A DNA stretch of 32,000 nt from Nitrosospira multiformis ATCC 25196 (GTDB taxonomy: Bacteria > Pseudomonadota > Gammaproteobacteria > Burkholderiales > Nitrosomonadaceae), in contig NC_007614.1 in assembly GCF_000196355.1 (NCBI RefSeq), positions 3,090,001 through 3,122,000 on the forward strand, in the 5' to 3' direction. Under the pieces are notes generated by a model that saw only the letters and a list, made by a program, of their open reading frames with translations, ran no database searches and was not told the origin of the DNA. Each line of letters starts with the position of its first letter. The first letter of the stretch is position 1. The position numbers were made by a program, and so were the translations under genes. This document shows, one piece after another, positions 26,522-32,000 of this stretch.

Positions 26522-27583
26522 TCATTCAAGGTAATGCACCTTGACACTCAAGTTGCGGAACTTCGGAAAAAGCGCGGGGTCGGGCGGCAGCGGGAGCGGC
26601 TTGGACAAGGCAATAGCCCGCTCTACCGCACTATCGAAAGCGGCGAATCCACTGCTCTTGCGCAGCCTGACATCGAGGATATCGCCGCCGGGAAGCACAG
26701 TAACATCGAACTCGACAACCGGATTTCCGGGCAGATCCTGCGGCATCACGATATTCCTTCTTATCTTGGCCAGGATTCTCGCCTTATACTCGTCAATCTC
26801 CTTCGCCAGCCGCGCTTGCGCTGCCGCCTCAGCCTGGAGCCTGTCGCGTTCTTCCTGTTCGCGCCTAAGTTGCTCCACTTCTGCTGCAACCCGCGCCTGC
26901 TGTTCTTTCTCCTTCCGTTCCTTCTCGGCTTTTTCCTTTCGTTCTTTCTCCTTCTGCTCCTTCTCTTTCCGTTCCTTTTCTCTTTGTTCTTCTTCTCTGC
27001 GTTCCTTTTCTTTACGCTCCTTCTCGGCTTTTTCCTTCCGTTCCTTCTCTTTCCGCTCCTTTTCTCTTTGTTCTTCTTCCTTGCGCTCCTTTTCTTTCCG
27101 CTCCTTCTCGGCTTTTTCCTTCCGTTCTTTTTCCCTCTGCTCCTGTTCCTTTTTCTCCTGCAGTTCTTTTTCCTTACGCTCTTTCTCCTTACGCTCTTTC
27201 TCCAGTTGCACCTTGTTTTCCACCGGTTTTTTTTCCGGCTTGGGTTTCTCGGTTTTTTCCTTTATGGCGATATCAGGTTTAGAGGGAGTCGGCGTTTCCG
27301 GCTGAGGCAGGGGTTCCGGCTTGGGCAGCGGTTTTGTTTCAGGCGGCTTTACCTCCGGCATCGGTTCAACCGGCTTAGGCGGCGGGGGAGGCGCTGCCCT
27401 TACCACGGGTGCCGGTGCCGGCGGAAGGCTGCTCCATAAATCCACCATCATCCCTTCCGGTGACTCGGTTTTCCAATTGAGGCCGAAAATCAGGAAAGCG
27501 AAAAAAACGAGGTGAACCAGCACTGCCAGCACTGCCGCCGGCACTCGCCCTGGTTCAGGTCGAACGAATTTTCTCAACGCCAT
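26522..27583 (-). CDS. tolA: Tol-Pal system protein TolA
   Basis: Has an N-terminal membrane anchor (AAVLAVLVHLVFFAFLIFGL) and a Pro-rich segment. A long E/K/R helical repeat domain follows, then a C-terminal TolA/TonB-like domain (VEFDVTVLPGGDILDVRLRKSSGFAAFDSAVERAI). The position after tolR matches the usual order. Confidence 0.88.
   Translation of the reverse strand: MALRKFVRPEPGRVPAAVLAVLVHLVFFAFLIFGLNWKTESPEGMMVDLWSSLPPAPAPVVRAAPPPPPKPVEPMPEVKPPETKPLPKPEPLPQPETPTPSKPDIAIKEKTEKPKPEKKPVENKVQLEKERKEKERKEKELQEKKEQEQREKERKEKAEKERKEKERKEEEQREKERKEKERKEKAEKERKEKERREEEQREKERKEKEQKEKERKEKAEKERKEKEQQARVAAEVEQLRREQEERDRLQAEAAAQARLAKEIDEYKARILAKIRRNIVMPQDLPGNPVVEFDVTVLPGGDILDVRLRKSSGFAAFDSAVERAIALSKPLPLPPDPALFPKFRNLSVKVHYLE
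26900..27225. repeat. Low-complexity coding repeat in tolA: a 15 bp (KEKER/EKERK) sub-repeat nested in higher-order repeats of about 84 and 99 bp
   Basis: The motif CTCCTTCTCGGCTTTTTCCTT(C/T)CGTTC recurs, with CTCGG starting at 26924, 27023 and 27107 (spacings 99 and 84 bp). The protein reads EQREKERKEKAEKERKEKERKEE in near-identical blocks. Confidence 0.8.
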
Positions 27584-27770
27584 GGCATTCGTATTCGTTG
27601 TGGGCGTCTAACTCAAACTCACAAGCACGCTCATTCGGCAATCTGCAGGGGAACACAAGTTCCAGCGCCGAAATACGCTGAATGAGCAGAAGCACGTCCG
27701 GAAACACGTCTTTTGAGGGCAACAAAAGCTTGCAACGGACGACTGCAAATCCGAATTTTCAGAAGTGCGT

Positions 27771-28187
27771 TCATTTCGACCTAGCCAGCAGTCCTACCTT
27801 CTTCACCTGCTGCTGCTGCAGAATATCCATTACATTCATCACTTCCTCGTAGCGCACATTTTTGTCGCCCGCGATCACTACCGGCTGCTCGGCATTTGCC
27901 GCCTGTTTCTGCTTGATCACCTCAACCAGCTCCGTATGGCTGACCTGCTTCTCACCCTCTCTGGCGGAACGGTCGTTCAGCCTCAGGGTTCCATTCGCCT
28001 TTACGATCACTTCCAGCGGTGCGACGGGCGGGGATAGCGACTTGCTAACCTGCGGCAGCTCAATCTCGCCCGGAGTGATGAGCGGCGCCGTGATCATGAA
28101 AATGACGAGCAGCACCAGCATCACGTCAATGTAAGGTACTACGTTTATCTCGTTCATCAGGCGCCTTCTGGCGCGCCGCTCACTCAC
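27771..28187 (-). CDS. tolR: Tol-Pal system protein TolR (ExbD family)
   Basis: MSERRARRRLMNEINVVPYIDVMLVLLVIFMITAP parallels the E. coli TolR N-terminus. The position between tolQ and tolA matches the usual order. Confidence 0.92.
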   Translation of the reverse strand: MSERRARRRLMNEINVVPYIDVMLVLLVIFMITAPLITPGEIELPQVSKSLSPPVAPLEVIVKANGTLRLNDRSAREGEKQVSHTELVEVIKQKQAANAEQPVVIAGDKNVRYEEVMNVMDILQQQQVKKVGLLARSK

Positions 28188-28222
28188 AGTCTCCGCTCTC
28201 CAAAATTATCCTGTTCACGTTC

Positions 28223-28909
28223 CTAACCGCCGGCCTGCCTCTGCAGAACATTCGACATTTCTTCCATGAAGCTCTCGAACCGCGTAGCCAGCCTGTCCAT
28301 ACTGCTGGCATAGCGGTTGTAAGCGATAACCGCGGGGATCGCGGCAAAAAGGCCCATGGCGGTGGCAATCAGCGCCTCGGCAATCCCCGGCGCAACATGG
28401 GCGATGGTGGCCTGGGCGACATTGGACAAACCGCGAAATGAATTCATGATGCCCCAGACGGTACCGAACAATCCTACATATGGGCTTACGGAGCCGACCG
28501 TCGCAAGGAACGAGAGATGCGATTCAAGACGATCCATTTCACGCTGATAGGTCGCGCGCATGGCACGACGGGTACTGTCCATGGCCGTGCCGGTATCCAT
28601 TCCCGGCTGACGCCTGTGCTTCATGAATTCCCGGAAACCTGCCTCGAAGATCCGTTCCATGCTGCCTGCGGTGTGACGGGAAGCAGCAGCGCTCTGGAAA
28701 AGCGCGTTGAGGTCGGTTCCCTTCCAGAAAACATTCTCGAATTCATCGCACTGCCTCTCCGCCTCGCGGATGACAAACAGTTTGCGAAAAATGTACCACC
28801 ATGACATGAGTGAAGCGATCACCAGCAACAGCATCACCAGCTGCACCGGCAAGCTCGCGCTGCCGACGAGCTGAAAAAGGGACATATCCTGGCTAACAGT
28901 CGGACTCAT
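28223..28909 (-). CDS. tolQ: Tol-Pal system protein TolQ (MotA/ExbB family)
   Basis: Has three transmembrane segments. Conserved regions are LATVGSVSPYVGLFGTVWGIM and GIAEALIATAMGLFAAIPAV. It overlaps the ybgC stop as ATGA. Confidence 0.93.
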   Translation of the reverse strand: MSPTVSQDMSLFQLVGSASLPVQLVMLLLVIASLMSWWYIFRKLFVIREAERQCDEFENVFWKGTDLNALFQSAAASRHTAGSMERIFEAGFREFMKHRRQPGMDTGTAMDSTRRAMRATYQREMDRLESHLSFLATVGSVSPYVGLFGTVWGIMNSFRGLSNVAQATIAHVAPGIAEALIATAMGLFAAIPAVIAYNRYASSMDRLATRFESFMEEMSNVLQRQAGG

Positions 28910-29334
28910 GATAATTTTCCAAGCTTGAGGCGCAGGGCAGCAGGGACGCTCACCGGTTTCAGACTATCCACTCCCACGCACACCGCCTGCACGGTAGCGG
29001 CAGCGAGCGTAACATCGCCCCGCAAGACCCGTTGCGCGATCGTGATGCGGCTTCTGCCCAATTCCGCTGCCTGCGCCGTAATGTGCAGCAGGTCATCCAG
29101 CAGAGCCGGCTTAAAGTATTCAATGCCAAGCGAACGTACCATGAAAATCACCTTATGAATCTGACTTAATGAATGAATATGAAATCCCAATTCGCGTAAC
29201 CACTCGTAGCGGGCACGCTCCATGAAATCGAGATAAGTTGAATGATAAACCACGCCGCCTGCATCGGTATCCTGATAATAGACACGGACGGGCAAAGAAA
29301 AGGGAATCTCGGGACTTGAGTAAGACATCTTCAT
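28906..29334 (-). CDS. ybgC: Tol-Pal-associated acyl-CoA thioesterase (4HBT hotdog fold)
   Basis: VRVYYQDTDAGGVVYHSTYLDFMERAR.EWLR..G is the YbgC signature. It is the first gene of the tol-pal cluster. Confidence 0.88.
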   Translation of the reverse strand: MKMSYSSPEIPFSLPVRVYYQDTDAGGVVYHSTYLDFMERARYEWLRELGFHIHSLSQIHKVIFMVRSLGIEYFKPALLDDLLHITAQAAELGRSRITIAQRVLRGDVTLAAATVQAVCVGVDSLKPVSVPAALRLKLGKLS

Positions 29335-29407
29335 CTGATCAATTGAGAAATCGATGCCGACATCGCGACCAGCTGCCGGCTACTACGATTGCATCACGGA
29401 AAATTTA

Positions 29408-30457
29408 CTACTGCTTCTCATCCCACAAATCCGCGCTGAGTCCATTCCTTGGCAGGGCCAGACCAAAATGCTGATACGCGATGGACGTCGCCATCCGTCC
29501 GCGCGGCGTGCGCTTCATATATCCTTGCTGGATCAGATAGGGCTCGAGCACGTCTTCTATGGTTCCGCGCTCTTCGCTGATGGCGGCGGCGAGGTTATCG
29601 ACACCGACCGGACCGCCGCCGAATTTTTCCATTACGGTAAGGAGCAGCTTTCTATCCATCACATCGAGTCCGATTGCATCCACATCCAGCATGAGCAGGG
29701 CAGCGTCGGCCACCTGGCGGTTGATACGGCCCTCCGCCTTGACTTCCGCGAAGTCACGCACACGTCGTAGAAGACGATTGACAACGCGAGGCGTTCCACG
29801 CGAACGGCGCGCAATTTCAGTGGCGCCATCGGGAGAGATGTCTGCTCCCAACAATGCAGCGGAACGCATGACGATCTGGGTGAGTTCTTCGACGGAGTAA
29901 AATTCCAGGCGCGAAATGATGCCAAAACGATCGCGCAGCGGATTGGTCAACATTCCGGCGCGGGTCGTTGCGCCGACCAGGGTAAAAGGCGGCAAATCAA
30001 GCTTGACCGAACGGGCCGCAGGGCCTTCGCCGATCATGATGTCTAGCTGGTAATCCTCCAGTGCGGGATAGAGAATTTCCTCCACGACCGGGGAGAGACG
30101 ATGGATTTCATCTATGAACAAAACATCGTTGGGCTCGAGATTGGTCAGCAGGGCCGCAAGATCGCCGGGACGTTCCAACACTGGGCCGGAGGTCTGGCGC
30201 AGCCCCACGCCCATCTCCTTGGCAACGATGTGCGCAAGGGTGGTTTTACCAAGGCCGGGCGGACCAAACAGCAGTACATGATCGAGCGCTTCCCTGCGCC
30301 GCCTGGCTGCCTCGATGAATATCTGTAGCTGTCCGCGAATTTTTTCCTGGCCTATGTATTCGGCCAGATGCTTCGGCCGCAGCGCCCGCTCCAGATCCTC
30401 TTCTTTTAACGAGAGGGGCGCAGGGGTAATCAAGCGGTCTGTTTCTATCATTCCCAA
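29408..30457 (-). CDS. ruvB: Holliday junction branch migration ATPase RuvB
   Basis: [14 protein letters not shown], Walker [31 protein letters not shown] and GTPR are all present. Confidence 0.96.
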   Translation of the reverse strand: MGMIETDRLITPAPLSLKEEDLERALRPKHLAEYIGQEKIRGQLQIFIEAARRRREALDHVLLFGPPGLGKTTLAHIVAKEMGVGLRQTSGPVLERPGDLAALLTNLEPNDVLFIDEIHRLSPVVEEILYPALEDYQLDIMIGEGPAARSVKLDLPPFTLVGATTRAGMLTNPLRDRFGIISRLEFYSVEELTQIVMRSAALLGADISPDGATEIARRSRGTPRVVNRLLRRVRDFAEVKAEGRINRQVADAALLMLDVDAIGLDVMDRKLLLTVMEKFGGGPVGVDNLAAAISEERGTIEDVLEPYLIQQGYMKRTPRGRMATSIAYQHFGLALPRNGLSADLWDEKQ

Positions 30458-30559
30458 TTCAAAAAGCGCTATCTCCGCCAGGTTTTCTGCTGATCGAATT
30501 GAATCGGCGACCGGAGCGATAATCTGAAGGACAGGCTTTCCCCACCGCCGACAAAGACG

Positions 30560-31153
30560 TTATTTCTCTTTTGACAAGAACTTCAGTGCCTGTCTTATGC
30601 CGTCCGAAACGGAAAGATCCACGGATAGCTGACTGACCGCCCAATTGGCCTCGCGATCATTATACCCTAGAGACAACAGGGCATTCAGCACATCGCTTCC
30701 CATCGTTGAGGGCCGCCGGGCTCCCGCTGCGCCTGGAATCGCGGATACGCCCAAGTCAAGCTTGTCGCGCAATTCCAGCAGCAAGCGCTCTGCCGTCTTC
30801 TTGCCGATGCCGGGAATCCTGATCAGACGGGCAGGATCCTGATTGGACACTGTCTGATGCAAGTCAGCCACGCTCAGACCGGATAGCAAAGCCAGCGCGG
30901 TTCTCGCCCCAACACCGGAAATTTTTACGAGCTGGCGAAATGCCTGCCGCTCGCCTTCCGTAGCGAAACCGAAAAGCAAATGCGCGTCTTCGCGTACGAC
31001 GAAATGAGTGTGGAGCGTGATTTGCGTCCCGACGGCCGGCAGGTTGTAGAACGTGCTCATGGGTACGTCGATCTCATAGCCCACACCCTGGACATCAACC
31101 AGCACCAGCGGGGGAAATTTTTCCAGCAGGAGTCCGCTTATTCTCCCGATCAT
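30560..31153 (-). CDS. ruvA: Holliday junction DNA-binding protein RuvA
   Basis: [39 protein letters not shown], then the HhH motifs [13 protein letters not shown] and [16 protein letters not shown]. The start is the ATG at 31153, which overlaps the ruvC stop as ATGA. The track start at 31228 was rejected. Confidence 0.94.
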   Translation of the reverse strand: MIGRISGLLLEKFPPLVLVDVQGVGYEIDVPMSTFYNLPAVGTQITLHTHFVVREDAHLLFGFATEGERQAFRQLVKISGVGARTALALLSGLSVADLHQTVSNQDPARLIRIPGIGKKTAERLLLELRDKLDLGVSAIPGAAGARRPSTMGSDVLNALLSLGYNDREANWAVSQLSVDLSVSDGIRQALKFLSKEK

Positions 31154-31668
31154 ATGAGACGCCCCTGTTTTACCCGGTAACCGGCGGTCGACAGGGCACC
31201 CAGTCCCAAGCCTCCATGGGCATGGCAAATAGCACAGGCAAGGGCATCGGCGGCATCCGATGCAGGCTGACCGGAGAGGCGCAATAACCGTCTTACCATT
31301 TCCTGTACCTGTTCTTTCCGCGCGTGGCCTTCACCGACCACCGCCTGCTTGATCTGCAGCGCCGTATACTCTGCAACGGACAGGTTATTCAGCACTGCCG
31401 TGCATATCGCCGCTCCCCGCGCCTGCCCGAGCATCAAGGTGGATTTGGGATTGACGTTGACAAACACCTGCTCGATCGCGACATGGTCAGGCTTGTGTTC
31501 CGCGATGACTTCGTTGAGGTGATCCATGATGGATTTGAGGCGCAACGGCAATTCACCCTCTACTGTCCTGATGCGGCCACTGCTGACGTAGACCAGTTTG
31601 CCGCCGGTTTTGTCGATGATTCCAAAACCGGTTAGCCGCAGACCTGGGTCTATACCTAGTATACGGAT
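31150..31668 (-). CDS. ruvC: Holliday junction resolvase RuvC. The conserved N-terminus is encoded upstream of the only canonical start, so the start assigned here is non-canonical (ATC at 31668).
   Basis: The track ORF starts at the TTG at 31551 (MPLRLKSI...). The same frame stays open upstream and encodes (I)[38 protein letters not shown], the conserved RuvC N-terminus with the catalytic Asp. Between the upstream in-frame TGA (31714-31716) and this motif there is no ATG, GTG or TTG. AAGG lies 7 nt upstream of the ATC. Confidence 0.8.
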   Translation of the reverse strand: MRILGIDPGLRLTGFGIIDKTGGKLVYVSSGRIRTVEGELPLRLKSIMDHLNEVIAEHKPDHVAIEQVFVNVNPKSTLMLGQARGAAICTAVLNNLSVAEYTALQIKQAVVGEGHARKEQVQEMVRRLLRLSGQPASDAADALACAICHAHGGLGLGALSTAGYRVKQGRLI

Positions 31669-31705
31669 TTTATTGCCTTTTATTTTCCGGGCGGAAAACC
31701 CCTGC

Positions 31706-32000
31706 TCAGTCGATCACCGCGGTTGTATAGACTTCCTGTACATCGTCGATGCTTTCCAAAGCATCGAGCAGCTTTTGCATTTTTACCGAATCGTCCCCGG
31801 TCAATTCGGTTTCATTGACGGGCTTCATGGTCACTTCGGCGAGTTCCGCCTTGAACCCTGCTTTTTCCAGCGCTTCCTTCACCGCGACAAATTCGTACGG
31901 CGCGGTGATGACTTCGATGCTGCCATCATCATGGGCGATAATGTCCTCGGCGCCGGCTTCCAGGGCTACTTCCATCAGTTTGTCTTCATCCGTGCCCGGC
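31706..32000 (-). CDS. yebC: YebC/PmpR (TACO1) family transcriptional/translational regulator, C-terminal part. The gene continues beyond the window.
   Basis: ...[11 protein letters not shown]...[22 protein letters not shown]...AEVTMKP...[16 protein letters not shown] is the typical YebC C-terminus. The frame stays open to position 32000. The position upstream of ruvC matches the usual order. Confidence 0.88.
   Translation of the reverse strand, partial: PGTDEDKLMEVALEAGAEDIIAHDDGSIEVITAPYEFVAVKEALEKAGFKAELAEVTMKPVNETELTGDDSVKMQKLLDALESIDDVQEVYTTAVID

Noticed and set aside
26900-27225. The regularly spaced repeats in tolA considered as a possible CRISPR array or minisatellite
   Set aside because: The repeats are in-frame coding sequence of tolA with no unique spacers and no cas genes nearby. 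They are reported as a coding repeat instead.
26534-27439. Two long plus-strand ORFs (301 aa and 254 aa) opposite tolA, rich in F/L/S
   Set aside because: They are by-products of the GAA/AAG/GAG-rich tolA repeat, whose complement (TTC/CTT/CTC) contains no stops. The products are low-complexity poly-Phe/Leu/Ser sequences. The tolA reading is supported by its membrane anchor, C-terminal domain and synteny.

Overview
This 32 kb window reads as a conserved chromosomal core region of a Gram-negative proteobacterium. Gene order and protein sequences look betaproteobacterial, but that is inference only. About 33 protein-coding genes are supported by recognisable family motifs.

Gene content, in order:
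- hemD (5' part) and hemC, divergent from ppc.
- miaB, then an opposite-strand hybrid sensor kinase plus a REC-GGDEF response regulator, then about 0.8 kb with no credible ORF.
- phoH/ybeZ, ybeY and corC, followed by a divergent pyrophosphatase-like gene and an ABC-F ATPase (Uup-like).
- Two monoheme cytochrome c genes.
- A minus-strand pyrD, RnfB-like ferredoxin, nth and DUF1841 string.
- A secreted TPR-repeat protein.
- Minus-strand bpt and aat.
- A long minus-strand block: yebC, ruvC, ruvA, ruvB, ybgC, tolQ, tolR, tolA, tolB, pal, cpoB, queE, queC.

I found no tRNA or rRNA genes, CRISPR arrays, transposases, integrases or phage genes. I do not see a convincing novel multi-gene system.

The observations most worth a second look:
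- ruvC has no canonical start codon in front of its conserved catalytic N-terminus.
- The conserved miaB-ybeZ linkage is interrupted by a c-di-GMP phosphorelay module and an 808 bp orphan non-coding stretch.
- A pyrophosphatase homologue appears to lack some catalytic positions.
- The two cytochrome c genes look like a split, order-swapped cytochrome c4.
- TolA has an unusually regular EKERK repeat with 84/99 bp higher-order DNA repeats.
- Several small repeat or hairpin elements sit in intergenic spacers.

All homology statements come from by-eye motif recognition, not from searches.
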